The notes below the pieces were generated by a model. That model did not search any database and was not told the origin of the DNA. It saw nothing but the letters and a program-made list of their open reading frames with translations. A program made the position numbers and the translations under genes. Positions 1 through 14,225 of a stretch of 64,000 bases of DNA are shown piece after piece; within the stretch, counting starts at the first letter, position 1; each line of letters starts with the position of its first letter. Source of the stretch: Eledone cirrhosa (taxonomy: Eukaryota); the NCBI GenBank assembly GCA_964016885.1, contig OZ024743.1:15128001-15192000 (forward strand), written 5' to 3'.

Positions 1-450
1 GAAAATATGAGTGGAACAGCAACATCAGAACTTACAACTAAGGACAAAATGAAAACACACACACACATAGAACAAACAACCAATAACATGTAAATAAATA
101 AACAAATAGATAAATGAACACACACGCACACAGACACCCGGATGTGGCGCATGCGCAAACTGAGCACACAACACACACACAGAAACAAAATGGCGTAGGA
201 CAGAAGAAAGGAAAGGCACAGAAACAAAGAAAGGAATCCCCAGTCACTGAAGAGGTCACATAGTGTGTGACGAAAGGACTATGACTATATATAAACAACT
301 ATCTGGTTGTGGAACCAACCAACCAACCAGAAATTTATAAATTTGTAGATTTGTAAATTTATAAATTTATAAATATATAATAAATTGAAGTGAAAGCAAC
401 TGGTGCGTGTGTTTCTTATTGGTAACATGACCCTCCCAAAGTATAACAAT
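1..450 (+). mobile_element. 3' end (pseudo-LTR) of a Penelope-like element, truncated by the window edge
   Basis: CA-rich UTR-like sequence with a hammerhead motif at 242-286, ending in (TA)n at ~450, like the other pLTRs in the window. Confidence 0.55.
242..286 (+). ncRNA. Minimal type I hammerhead ribozyme
   Basis: AGTCA-CTGAAGA-G-GTCACA/TAGTG/TGTGAC-GAAA-GGAC-TA-TGACT: stem I AGTCA/TGACT, stem II GTCACA/TGTGAC, very short stem III. Confidence 0.65.
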
Positions 451-862
451 ATATATATATATATATCAGGGAATGGGGTTATGCGTGTGTGTGTAAAAAA
501 TATCCATTGGTGTGAAAAGGGAAGTAGGAAAAACAGTGCTCAAGTGGGAAGAGAGTTTATAAATCTCATATAACCATCTGAAGATTAGGTCACAAGTCAT
601 TGCATGGAGGCAACATTACGTAATCACCACCACAGATATACGCATTGCAGCGAATTACTTGAATAAAATGAATTATTGAAATGTAGTATTCGCTTTGTAA
701 TATTATTCAGCGTATACGCCAACCTGGTTATAGTGATAGGAAGGCTACATCAAACTTTCAGTGTTTTATCCTATTTTCACCATTGTTATTGATTGATTGT
801 TGTGTTGAAAACGCAACCCCAGTTAGTCAACATTTTATCACACACGTTTATAAACACACACA

Positions 863-919
<57 letters not shown>

Positions 920-1879
920 AACCAATCCCATTTTTGAAAGGTCAAGCAGATATTATTATTATATATTTATTTTATTTGTTTTTGTAAATATGTTACCTTA
1001 AATTGAACAGCTTCAATGCAGTGTTTTTACGATCGAAAATTATTAAACAAGCTTGGCATATCAATCCCTGTAAACGTAAATATTAGACTGGACAGCATTA
1101 CCTGTGGAACTCGAAACCACATCTGCAAGATGCCTGGTGAGTCTGCTACAAGTTACATCTAATATACAGACACATTATTTCGTTAATTAAGGAATGAATT
1201 GTAAAGTTGTTTTTTTCAGTTATTCATTCTGTACAGATAAACACAAAAACAATATGCTTTTGCCTTACGGGGCTCATCCCCACTTTATTACACGATTCTG
1301 CTAACAAAGGATTATATATATATATTGCTATATATGTTCAACAGAATGTAGAACTTAAATCAAAGAGCAAATATAATGCTCATGGCAAACATTTATTTCA
1401 AAATATAATCATGTTGCAAGTGCGTATACCAAACGCGGTTGATTTTAGGGAGATTTAGAAAAACTGTACTGTAAGAATATTTACCTTCTTTCATGAAGCC
1501 TCGATGTGAAAATAATTACGTGTAAAAGAGTTCAATCATACGCTTCTACACAGATAAGCAGGATAGTATAGCTTCAAGTGTTTCATGGATTTTAGTGTAT
1601 TCAACAGAAACGAACTAACCCTATAATTCTAATTAAAGGAATATATATCGGTAGCAATTTATGTCAATATGGGTAGTGTACAAAAAACTAACAGGAAAAG
1701 AACATTGAGTTTGTTTGGACATAGTTGGAGTACAGTATCACAACTATTTGCAAGAGTAAAAAGATAGCCATGAGGTAAATACATTGTAGACGATGAAAAT
1801 TATCTAGTTAACATAATTCGGGGAATAAACCTGATATAGGCCGAACACACAAAAGTTTGGAAGAAAATATATAAGTATT

Positions 1880-1938
<59 letters not shown>

Positions 1939-2008
1939 GTGAATCATCGAAAAACATAAAGAATTCCACACCCATATAAATGGACTCAACACGAATATTA
2001 ACTTCACG

Positions 2009-2968
2009 ATGGAATACAGCCATCAACAACCCCCCTTCCTCGACATCCTCATTAAGATCCATAACAAAAAAATAGAAACAGACATATACTACAAACCCAC
2101 AGACTCCAAGCAATATCTTCCTTTCAACTCTTGCCACCCTAGACACGTTAAAATTAATATTTCCTACAACTTAGCCAAAAGAATCTGTACTATAGTCTCC
2201 AATAAAAACACCTGCTACTTACAGCTACAAGAACTAAAGGACACACTCATAGGCAGGGACTACTCTGCATCACTAATTGACAATGGATTCCAACGTGCCT
2301 TAAAACTCAGTACCCAGGAACTTAGACACCCTAAAGTAAATCAACCGAAACTAAAAGCTCTTCCATACATCTCCACACAAAACCCCCTCAACAATGAGGC
2401 CTTTGACACCATCCTCCAGAACATCCCTGTGTTGAAAAAGTCCATAGAATGAACCAAATTCTACGAACACACGATATCATAAAGAGCAAAAGACAATCCA
2501 AGTCAATGAAAAACATCCTAACACATGCCGAAGTACTGCCAACCACAACAACGAACCCACAGTAAAAAAATGCGATAGACCCAACTGTGGCATTTGCATC
2601 AACCTAATAGTGGGTTCGGAATTCTATTTCAAAGAAGGACAACGTTTTATAGTAAAACACAATTTCACATGTGCATCGGAAAATCTAATATATGTATTAA
2701 CTTGCTCAGGTTGTCGAGAATAATACATAGACCAGACCAAAAGCAGCCTCCGCCAACGCATGACTGTCCATAGATCCCAAATTAAAATACGGGAATACAG
2801 TAAAAACCACTGAGTGAGCACATTGATACCTGTGCTGCACAAAATCATCCCAACTTCAGAATCTTTGCCCTCTACAAATTTAAAGATAATGCCACCCACA
2901 CCCAGCGCATCAGCAAGGAATCTTACTTTATTAACAAATACGGACCCCGTCTAAACACTTCTCCCTAA
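2009..2968 (+). pseudogene. Disrupted PLE RT-thumb/GIY-YIG ORF
   Basis: PLE motifs as above, broken by stops and frameshifts after 2452. Confidence 0.85.
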
Positions 2969-3094
2969 GACGAACCCACAACATACACACGTCAACATAC
3001 ACACGTCAACATACATACCTACATCAGCACACATCTCTACCCACATATAAACACAATGACATACGTAAACACACATGTTCTATGGTGCAACACA

Positions 3095-3125
<31 letters not shown>

Positions 3126-3414
3126 GTGAATATATGTATATATATATATATATATATATAGTGAATATCATTTCACACCTTTTATTGTTAAGATTTTTGA
3201 TGTTCTATTGAGAGAATCGATTTTACTGAAAATATCGAATAATGTACACCATTTTACCAGGGGAAAAAAATACTGGTCCACTCACACACACACACACACA
3301 CACAATCTCACACTCACAAGAGCTGAAAAATATCTTTTAACATGTCAAAATATCATCCCCCACTCACTTACATACACATTCCTACTCACCATCCATCTAC
3401 CACAAATTACTCTG

Positions 3415-3474
<60 letters not shown>

Positions 3475-3581
3475 CTCCTTATAAGACAAAAGCTGAAAAA
3501 TATATTTTGACATGTTAAAATACTCCCCACTACTTACAGACACATTCCTACTGACCATCCCGCTACCACGCATTACTCGGC

Positions 3582-3826
<245 letters not shown>

Positions 3827-4456
3827 TTATCTTAATAGCCATTTGAACTGTCAACAGGCTGCGGGTCGCACACACATCCCTGCTAACCATTATCACAACA
3901 TCGAACACTTTACTACTACTACACACACACACACACACATATTTGTTGTGAAAGAATCATTTCTCAGTCTTGGCGCAAAATCAATTTTTTACATTCACAT
4001 GACCTCTACCGACCGATCAAAATTGTTTTGACCACAAGAATTTTTGCAACACCAAGTAGCGCTGGAGCCACTTTTTTAACATAAAACAGGTAGAATTCCC
4101 AAAACTAATCAGATCAGAGCAAACAACACGGACGCTCTATCTCAAAATTATTTTTGAAAAGCATTTAGAAATGCGCAACCGGTAAAAACTTAAAACCAAA
4201 ACTGAATACTAACCAATAAATTCACTAATACTCTTTTATTCCTAATTAAACTATTTTTCAACTGTGAACAATTTGTCAGCATTTTTTATTCCGTTTACCA
4301 ATATATAATAACTTGTGTGTTACACCTCTATTCTTTTAACTATATATATATATATATTTATTAAAATAACAGATTAAAGTTTAAGCAAAGAATCGTATGT
4401 ATGTGTGTGTGTGTGGGGGGGGGGCGTATATATACACACACACACACACACACACA

Positions 4457-4506
<50 letters not shown>

Positions 4507-5175
4507 TATACATCGAAATGATTTTGAATCTTCTTTTATGTGTTTTTTTATTTGTGCTTGGCCTATATAAATACATATATAATTATGAAGTTATAAGTGC
4601 ATAAACCTTGAGTGAACGCATACATATTCTCATATTAACATATCTATCTTCAAGACGACCGAATAATTGGAATGTAAACAAATGCAAAATATAGACTTAG
4701 ACAGCCTGTGAGCGTTTGTATTGAAATATATGTAAAAAAACATATTTAAATTATACGTATCTGCAATAAAATATACACATAAATACAATAAAAATGGAAA
4801 TTAATACATTATAGGTGAAGTGAGACAAATGCTCCCATAGATGTGAGAGCTAGAGGGGGAAGGAAACAGGTGAGTGAGAGAGTCGGATGGGAAATGGAAT
4901 AATAAACAGCTAAATCATCTGAAAATACGATAAAAAAATAGCAACTGTTGTGAAGAAAAAGCAGCGGTTTCGCGAGTTCAGTTATTAACAAATTATAGTC
5001 ATTAAATAGGAACTATAAAAGTCGAATGGTTTCAAGATACTAGAAACGTAGATAAAATTAGTTTTATCTACGATTTAAAAGCAATACTTCAGATACCTGG
5101 GCGCAAGAAAGCTGTAGTTGATATCTCTTAGTCAAATCAAAATCATTCTGCAACGGCTTAAGCATCTGTAGTCAA

Positions 5176-5292
5176 ATAATTGTTTCTACTTTTGGCACAA
5201 GGCCAGCAATTACTCCAGTTCATTACTGGTGCTTTAATTTATCGAACCTGTAAGGATGAAAGGCAAAGTTAATCTCGGTGGGATTTAGACGT
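5176..5292 (-). mobile_element. tRNA-derived SINE fragment (MetaSINE-like core)
   Basis: Reverse complement of GCCTTTCATCCTTAC..GTTCGATAAA and TTGCTGGCCTTGTGCC..AAGTAGAAACAATTATT, as in the copies at 15208-15595. Confidence 0.8.
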
Positions 5293-5649
5293 ATTTTTGT
5301 TCAAATAATGGGTTTAATCATTCAAGCATAGTATTTGATCAATTGGACAAACATTATACGTTAGAACGCGTGGTGATAGGAGCCATATTGTTGAATAGAC
5401 AAACGAATCTATGCAGTAGCATAATTATCACATAGAATATATAGCGGTACGATAAGCCATCAATACATATTTTATCTATTCAATTTTAACCAAGGTCATT
5501 AAATATACAGCATTTCCCCCATGTACCACTAGGGAAATATTTAAATTTTAGTGACTATTTAATCAGACACCCAGGAATATTACAGTCACACGTTGATTCA
5601 CCACACCCTATATAGCAGTCGTTTTAAATCATGCATTTTGTTATATAGT

Positions 5650-6650
5650 CCGTCCAGGAATAGACAAAACATAAAGAACTCCTCTTAGAAAAATATCGTA
5701 CTCTACTTTTAAGAGTAAACCACAACTGAAATCATAAAAGAAAATACTGAAGTGAATAGATGCAAACGACGCCATTGTGGAATGTGGAAACTACCCATTG
5801 GAAGGCCATGAATTTCACTTCAAAAGCAGACACATCTTCAAAATTTGAACAAATATTCTCCCAACAAAACTTAATTTATGTCATAAACTGCAGATGTTGC
5901 CACGAAAATTATCTAGGACAGACGGGGCTGGCACTCCGACAAAAATATTAATCCATAGGCAGCAAATCAGAATCCCCTTTACTAGAAAGATCTCTCAAAG
6001 CAAACATATAGAAGAATGTGGTGGCAAACGCTGCGAAACTTTGATGATTTTCTATTGTAGCAATGTAGTTATGAAATTAAAGAACAATGTCGAATAAAGA
6101 GAAAATCTTTATCAGAAAAGTCAAGCCAAGATTGAACTTACTTGCAAGATAATGTTTCAACTCTAAAATAAGTTTTCCGTATTGCACGAGTAGTTGTTTA
6201 AAACTTTTGAAGATGGACCTGTGGTGTGTGACTTTAAACATTTTTCTCTTTCCTCGTTTTGAGTCTTGGTCGCTGCGGGTTGTATTTTGTTGACGTAATT
6301 GTTCTGACTGTTTTTCCCTTGCCTTTGCTGCATTGTAGAATACTGTTCTTCTGCATGCCCCTTCTTCTGCCTCCTTAACAATGTCTGAAGAGCTTGTGGT
6401 AAGTGAAAACATTTTTCTCCTTGGCATCTATTTTGAAGATTGAAATTGAGATTAAATTGAAAATGAGTGAAAGTTACATGAATATCTTCACCGTAACACA
6501 CTGAAACACACGCACAACAAACACTCACACACAAAAACACACACTCACACACACATACAAACATGCACACATAACGACTCGCTTCGTCTAACATTTAGAA
6601 GTATAAATTCGCGTTCGTTTGTTTTAGAATTACGAAGTAATTTTACATGA
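5650..6650 (+). mobile_element. Decayed PLE 3' end: GIY-YIG fragment plus pLTR
   Basis: NLIYVINCRCCHENYLGQTG..LRQ / HRQQIR..SKHIEECGG / EKIFIRKVKPRLN across frames. pLTR has a degenerate hammerhead at ~6380-6415. Confidence 0.8.
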
Positions 6651-7002
6651 GAGGGAGAGAGTGGGGCAGAGAGAGTAAGTGCGAGTCAGAAAGAGTGAGA
6701 GAAGAGGGAGAGAGAAATAGCTTTCTTTCTATTTTTCTGCCATCACGCATACAGACATACTCTCACAAAAATGCACACATACATTGACATAAACACACAG
6801 ATACATTCACACAAACACACACACAAATACACTCACGTAGAGCTTGGAAAGGGTTGGGACTATGTTGGCTCTTTTTGCCGTATTTTTTTCACCTTCCCGC
6901 TTCTTCCCTTTTACACACACATACTCACATATACTCACACAGAGTTGAAACACTGGTTATTTCTCTGCTCTCTTTCATTTTCTTCTACTCCGGTATAAAC
7001 TT

Positions 7003-7070
<68 letters not shown>

Positions 7071-7189
7071 CCTCTCTCTCTATCTCTTTCTCTCTCTCTC
7101 TTACTCTTACTCTCTCTCTATCTATCTATATGTCCATCTCTCTCTATCTCTATATGTATCTGTCGCTCTCTCATTTTGTGATTCATTGG

Positions 7190-7650
7190 CCCTGCGTGCA
7201 GCAACACTCATTTGGTCGTTTTCATGTTTTGCTGTTGTTGTGCGTAGGACTCTAGTGCCCTTGCTCTGGCTACATATACTTGCACTGTAGAATAATGTTC
7301 TTCTGCATGTCCCCTCTTCTTGCCTCGTTAGCAACGTCTGATGAATTTTGTGGAGAGTAAGAACATTTTTCTCCTTGAAATCTTTTGGGGAAAATTGAAA
7401 TTGGGATTAAATGAAAAATGAGTGAATGTTACAGGAATAGCCTCACAGTAACGCACTCAAACACACACACAATACACACACTCAAACACACAACACTCAC
7501 ACAAAACACACTCTCAAATATACCCAAACGCACACACACACGCACACATAAGCAAATGCAACGACGCGCTTCGTCAAACATTTAGAAGTATAATTTCGCG
7601 TTCGTTTGTTTTGGAATTACGAAGTAATTTTTCATGAGAGGGAGAGAGAG
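7190..7650 (+). mobile_element. Second diverged copy of the pLTR at 6230-6650
   Basis: Co-linear matches: tgtagaat..tgttcttctgcatg, aacattttttctcctt, ttagaagtata..ttcgcgttcgtttgttt. Confidence 0.8.
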
Positions 7651-8469
7651 TAAATGAGTGAATGAGAGAGAAAGATAGATAGATAAATATATATAGAGAG
7701 AGAGGGAGAGAGAGAAAGTAAGAGAGGGAAAAGAGTAAGATAAATAGTCTTTGGTTTTTTTTATTCTCTCCCTTTCTGGCTGTTTTTGCCGTAGTTTTTC
7801 ACCACCCACTTCCTCCCTTTTATGTTCACACAGATACACACATATACTCACACAGAGTTGAAACACTGTTTGGTTATTTTTTCGGTGTAGAATGTTCACC
7901 ATTCCCCTTCCATGTGGAATGACACACGGACTGACGGTAACGATTCGACTTTTCTTTATATAGATTTTCACTTCATTTCTTTCAAAATAGACTATTTGTT
8001 GGAAATTATCAGCATTTTTTCTGTCATACTCCTAAAGTAATTACAATAATTACAATGAATAGTTTGTTGTCTCTATTCATCAAGTTCTAATTTAGAGTAT
8101 AGTTTTCCTGTAATCAGAGACACACAATTTTAATACTTCCGCTTTCACATCACAGTGACGTTGACCAATCATCCATGAATATTTTAAAAGGCAAATGAAT
8201 GTTTCCCTTTCTCTTTTAAATATATATAATATATAAAATATTTGTTTGAAGGCTGAGATTTATTATAAAGGAAATACGCCAACGGATGTGGCAATTATAA
8301 TATAAACAGTGATTAAAATATTTTCCGTTTATAAAATGAATAGCACATAGACCTTTAACAAGACACATATCACATTCCAAATATATTGATAATATACACA
8401 TAAATACAATACACATAGCATATAAATATTTACCAATACCCTGCTCCTTAATAATGTTTTCTTGATTTA

Positions 8470-8830
8470 GGCATATGACCAGCAATTTGGGGGGAAGTGA
8501 AAATAAATTAAATCGACCCAGTACATTACTGATACTTTATTTTATCCACCCCATAAGGGTGAAAGGCAAAGCTAGCCTTGGCAAGATTTGGACGTAGCAA
8601 GTAAAGGGCTATAACTCTCTGCTGTTATTCTACCAACACTGCTAATCCAAGGCCCATCCTACTGCTTAATAATTGTTTCTACTTTAGGCACAAGGTCGGG
8701 AATGTTTGGGGAGGCGAAGGTCGATTAAATTGACCCCAGTGAATTACTGCTTGTTTAATTTATCGACCTCGTAAGGATGAAAGGCAAAGCAAACTTCGAC
8801 GGGATTTGAACTCAGAACGTAAAGGACCAT
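8470..8830 (-). mobile_element. Two adjacent tRNA-derived SINE copies (MetaSINE-like)
   Basis: Both contain reverse complements of GCCTTTCA(T/C)CCTT and GTCGAT motifs. B-box-like GAGTTCAAATCCC at ~8800-8813. Confidence 0.8.
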
Positions 8831-9099
8831 AACTTACATTTAATACAATAACTCTCACTTGGCTGTCGTAAAAATATATTTTCTTCTGAATATTGTTGCG
8901 AATGTGCATGTCCGCGTGGTTGTCTATATGTGTGACGTCTGAACGAATACCAGCCACCTCCAACTATTTTACTATTCCCTCTCTCCCATTTGCTTGCAAC
9001 CCGAAATCACTATCTGACATTTTGCCCCGAAATCTGGTCTAATTTTCAACATAGTCGCAAGAATGAAACAATGCAATTATTAATAAGAAGAGTTGAAAT

Positions 9100-9925
9100 T
9101 AATACTTTGTTTCGTGTCGGGAGATCACATCATTGAAGGTGGGAGCAGGCAAAAGTAGAGAAGGGAAGGATAATGGCGTGGATATCTCTCGACTGGAAAT
9201 TTCTGAGAATCTATGAAAACATCCGGCTTAAATTCACTTATGAGTCTATTCTACACCTCCACCCATCACTGCGTTTCGTATTGCCACAATGTTCCTTTCT
9301 CTCATTTGTCTCTGTTTTCCTCATTCTTTTTTCTTCGCCCTCCTTATTTCACTTTTTGTCTTTCCCTCTTCCTCATCTATACCCTTCTATTTCGTATGTT
9401 TGGGAATTTGTGAATGTGTGTAAGCAGGCAATACGAGTGTGTATATGACTGATGAACAATTAATTCCCTCTACTTCTAATCACCACCCTTCTTCTTTCTC
9501 TTCCTTTACCCTGAAGTTATAGTTATTGACTAAACATCTAGCTCATCTAGCAATACTCCTGGGATCTACCAATGTGCCCTGCCAGCGTGACCCTATCCTA
9601 CACGCCCTCTCGACAATGCATTTTGCCATGTCATTTTAAAATAAAATTATTTTATCTTCTATTTTCACCCCATTCTCGCTACTCCATTAATTTTACTTTG
9701 TTTCCTCCTCTTCTTGCTCTCTTTCTCTCTACCTCCCTTCCTTAAATTCGAGACGCTTTCCTGACGAAGGTTATAAGAGGTAAGTAACTGAAACCGCACG
9801 AGCTCGAGGTCGAACCTCTACTCTCAGTAATATAGCAACTTTGCATCATACCATGCGTCGTGAATTGTGTTCTCTGATTCGTTTTCTTCCCGGTCCTCAT
9901 ACCGCAGACTATGAATACATATATA
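9100..9925 (+). mobile_element. Decayed PLE 3' end/pLTR
   Basis: RREG.W...L......SGLN-like GIY-YIG terminus, pyrimidine-rich UTR, and CTGACGAAG-GTTA..TAAC-TGAAAC hammerhead core at 9761-9794. Confidence 0.6.
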
Positions 9926-10559
9926 CTCACGGAGACAGAAAGTGATATATGATTGTGTATGTCTCATGCATCTCTATGTGTCTCTGCGTGTGTGTCTGTA
10001 GCAATTTTCCCTATTGCTGGAGATAATTGACACTTATCGAAATAGCTCTTGATCTCGTATTCAATTGGGGACATTTATGTTGGTAGAAAAAGTAATTAAA
10101 TCCGTTTTGTATAATAGAATCATGATGGAGATTGCATCATGACAATCGCAATGACAATCACAAAGACTAGAATTGAAACATCTACTCTTGCTACCAGTCA
10201 ATAGAACTCACGTGTTAGACTCTAACCAGAAGGTTCCTGATATTTGCTTCAATTCAAATATACTATAACATAATATAAAAAATAGCATAATAAATACATA
10301 CTTTACTTTGTATTGTATAATAATATTACTAAATGCAAAATCACACGACGTCTGGAGTCAAAATTTAACAGGCAATGATAATTATAACAGCTGGGATAAA
10401 TTCCTTGTTATGTAATTTTATAAACTTCCCTCAGGCATGATATCAGTCTGAACTAATATTAAATTTAATACGATATGTGCATAATTAAATATACATAAAA
10501 CATTCTGTTATGCTTTCTATGTTTATAACTTCCACTAATATATAGCTGCATCTGGTATT

Positions 10560-10970
10560 TGTTCCATCCAGCCAATAATCTTGAAAAATTAACTGCGGTG
10601 TTCTGGGCATACTATACGCATGACTGACAAGCGTAAACCTAAGCATTTGTTTTAGTGGGAACTTGCTCAGGGAAAAAGGGAACATAGTAACTGCCCCAAG
10701 AAAAAAGATTCAAGGAGAATTTGGATAATGTACGAATAGATGGAAGCGTTTCTCAGTGGATCACTCTGCCTGGCGTTCAATAATATGGGAAGGCATGAAA
10801 TCGTTGAGTAGAAAAGGCTAATGCAACAAAATATTATAGGAAAATAATATTACAGACAGTCAGAATATATGAATTTAATAGAACTTTTTCTACTTGTAGA
10901 GTTTGTCGATATCTGCCTGTCAGAAGCTGGATTCCATTTTCATATTAGAGCACACAGTAGGACACATCGT
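10560..10970 (+). mobile_element. RTE-clade LINE 3' fragment, decayed
   Basis: LRCSGHTIRMTDKRKPKHLF*WELAQGKR..RFK..AWRS and a C-terminal C..C..H..H zinc-finger remnant. Confidence 0.7.
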
Positions 10971-11499
10971 ACTGTCTGTATATATTTATTTATTTAATTA
11001 TTTATTTAAATAAATGGATACATAAATTCATAGATATGCACACACTCACACACACGGGCACAGCCGCACACAGAACACACCACCGGTCTTGAAAATGTTT
11101 GCTAATAAGACTGACGATTGGTGATTGATCACAATCAATGGATCGATTATATACATTATATACTCTGGAATTTGTGAACTTTCTACTATTTTTAGTTGAT
11201 TCTTTCTATGAGTGAACTCATTTATTATTATCATTATATATATATGTACATAAAACTAGTTGTTTCTCAACTAAATATATAAGGGAGACGTTTTTGTATA
11301 TCGCTTGAATTTATATAAATTATGCTCTGTTCTATATATTCATTGAGTTATTTTGTTGAGTAACGTAATCGATATATATTATATATGTATAGTTTTAACA
11401 TTATTATAGTATATACATATATATAAGTGTGTTTTTGAGCATGTGTGAGTGTGTTTGTATGTGTGCGTGTGTGTATGTGTGTGTGCGCGCGCGCGCGCG

Positions 11500-11980
11500 T
11501 GTGTGAATTTCGTATATCTAAAGGTTTGCATACAAAGATGTATTAGTAAATTAGAATTAGAATTTAGCTTCGTCAATAGCTATATACAAATATGTATGTG
11601 AATCTGAACATATGAAATTCACATACAAATTTGTTTACAGCTATGTCGAAGCTAAATTCAAATTCTATTTTAAGTTGAGCCAATTTAGACAGCTTCGCAT
11701 CCAAATGAGGCTAATAGAACCATTTACGCGAGCGAAAAAACTATGTATTTTCGCCTGTCCAGCAGTAGAAAGAGGGAAGTATTGTTCTGATGAGAACCAT
11801 CTAAGTTCCAAATGCAAAGATAATTATCACCCTTGTATCTGCCAGACTCTGCTTGGCGGCGCTAGTCGTAAGTCTTCTATTCATAGCTGAGGCTTTCTAA
11901 ATGTTTATTCATTAAATATACCGTATATATTTAGATATACGAAATTCACGCACATATGCAAGCTAAATTCTAATTACATA
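11500..11980. mobile_element. Inverted-repeat pLTR-like fragment
   Basis: Palindrome 11555-11670, inverted match of 11503-11570 with 11930-11975, degenerate hammerhead core at 11787-11812. Confidence 0.5.
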
Positions 11981-11994
11981 TATGTATATATATA

Positions 11995-12670
11995 AAATAC
12001 AATATGTTTAAAAGGTAACACATTAGAGAGAGAGTGTGCCATCAATAAAACAGGGAAAACCACCAGTGTATGTAATCGATAATCTATGGAAGGCACGGTA
12101 GACACACAATAATTAAAAATATAAATTAAAATGTATATACGCACCTCTATAACTACATAATACACGCGTACAGATCCAAAGAGCTCTGTTTCGCCAGGAG
12201 GTAGTTGACTGAAATGGTATAGCCTATGACTCATCAGCGCATGTAAGACTATACATTCTAAGAGAATCTAAAGCGACCGTCCAGCTACACGCGGCAGAGA
12301 GATGTCACAGCGTGTTTAGGGCAGTGAACCAGTGGTGTCTGAGGGATGAGCTGCTAGAAAGGGCAGCCCAAAAACCACTCGTGGTGTGCTCAACCAAACA
12401 GAGAGAGGGGAAAGACTGTTATAAGGAGCGAAATATCACGATAAATTAACGGAGCCATAGACTCTGGCCATTCCCTGTCAATAATGTGCTCAAAGGAAAA
12501 GGAATCCTGAGCTCGTTAAAATACAATATGTTGAAAAGGTAACGCACTAGAGAGAGAAAGTTGCCATCAATAAAACAGGGAAAACCACCAATGTATGGAA
12601 TATAAAATCTATGGAAGGCAGGGTAGACACACAATAATTAAAAATATGAATTAAAATGTATATACGCCAC
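11995..12670 (-). mobile_element. Inverted PLE pseudo-LTR with a ~150-bp direct duplication (11995-12145 / 12518-12668)
   Basis: Direct repeat visible. Carries a complete hammerhead on the minus strand and abuts a GIY-YIG ORF fragment. Confidence 0.7.
12161..12245 (-). ncRNA. Complete type I hammerhead ribozyme
   Basis: Minus strand: TACATGCG-CTGATGA-GTCA..TGGC-GAAA-CAGA/GCTCTTTGGA/TCTG-TA-CGCGTGTA. 8-bp stem I, stem III, GUA triplet. Confidence 0.85.
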
Positions 12671-13803
12671 CGCACACCCACCCCCATCTCCCCTTCCCCA
12701 TCACCTACCACTCCTCCACACTACCCCTCCACCGCACCATCCTCCGCCTCTTCTGACGCCTCGAGTGCGAACCCTCCCCCTCCCCCCGCCATTCCTTCAA
12801 ACGCGCGCGTAACCGCTGCACCCTCCTCTCCCGCAGACCCCCTCCCCCACGCTCTTCTTCCCCCACCATGTTCCCTTCCTTGCTCCAGGCCTCGCTGTGA
12901 CAAATGCCCTCACATCACCAACACCACCACCTTCCTGGGTCACAATGGTCACTCTCTCTTTGTTCGGCACTCCTTCCGCTACACCTGCTCCAATCTAGTC
13001 TATGGATTATGCTACGCGGAGTTCAGCGCAACCTACCTGGGACAGATTGGACGTCGCCTGGCGGACTGTTTCACGGAACACCTCCGTGATATTCGCCTCG
13101 GCGGGAGTTCCCCCATCGCCCGCCACTTTGGCTCCCCTGGACATTCCGCCCACCAACCCACATTCTGTGGCCTGCTCCGATGCCATGTAACACCCGCCAC
13201 CCGCCTCACAGTCGAACAACACACCATCTTCACTCTACAGACCCCCCTCCCCGGCCTGAACTCCCCAGCCCTATTGATTTAGCCTTCGACCGCAAACCTT
13301 TACCCCCACACACATCCACCACTAACACCACTAACACACTCCTCTATTTCACCGCCCCCTCCCCCTTGGCCCACCTCACAACTAATAATCCTATCACCCC
13401 CACATCACCCAAACACTCCCCAACTAACAATACTAACATCCATCCCCCTCCCCCTAACACCCGTGCCTCCACACACCCCACACGCACACACACACCTGCA
13501 CATATATACACGCACTCACACTATCAACACACCCTACTACCAACACTAACCCTCACCCACACATCCACTCCGACCAACCCACAACTAATATCACTAACAT
13601 CACCCCGACTCCACGCACACAAACACACACCATCCCACATACACCCACCAACATCTACGTACACCACCCACTCGACACACCTAACCAGCACTAACCCCCA
13701 CTTAAACACCCGCTCAACCCTTTCCACACCACCAGTAATACTAACACAAAGGGCCTCTTCTCCTCTCATTGGCCAACATCTATATAACACAAACACATTT
13801 TAA
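12670..13803 (+). mobile_element. PLE GIY-YIG endonuclease fragment and C/A-rich 3' UTR
   Basis: CSRPRCDKCP..CSNLVYGLC..YLGQIGRRLADCFTEHLRDIR..PIARHF..EQHTIFTLQT..PGLN in ORF 12656-13282. Confidence 0.85.
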
Positions 13804-13879
13804 TTTAATTGATTTCTGACTTAAAATGTGTTTGTGTTATATAGATGTTGGCCAATGAGAGGAGAAGAGGCCCTTTGAC

Positions 13880-14225
13880 ACTGAAATTCGTTTGTTTGAA
13901 TTCACATGATTCCAGTTCCTCAGTGAAATAATAACCCAACCAGGAACTGGGCATATCAGAGTATTGACAATATTATACACATCAACAACATATGTACTTG
14001 TCTATACCACACTAATTCGGACTGCCTGAAGAGATCACAGCCAAAGATGGCTGTCACTGAAATATATATAGCAGCAATAAACGAAGCTAAATTTTAAACA
14101 TTTGACTTTTTATTTAACTTTATTTTACATTACTCCGGAGTAACCAAACCAACCTGCGCACCTCGTCGAGTGCTCCAGCCTGCATACTGAGGTGTTGGTA
14201 TAAAACCAACATATACTCAAAATAT
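13880..14225 (+). mobile_element. Solo PLE pLTR fragment with minimal hammerhead (14022-14074)
   Basis: CTGC-CTGAAGA-..ACAGCCA/AAGA/TGGCTGT..-GAAA-TATATA-TA-GCAG, ending in (TA)n. Confidence 0.65.
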
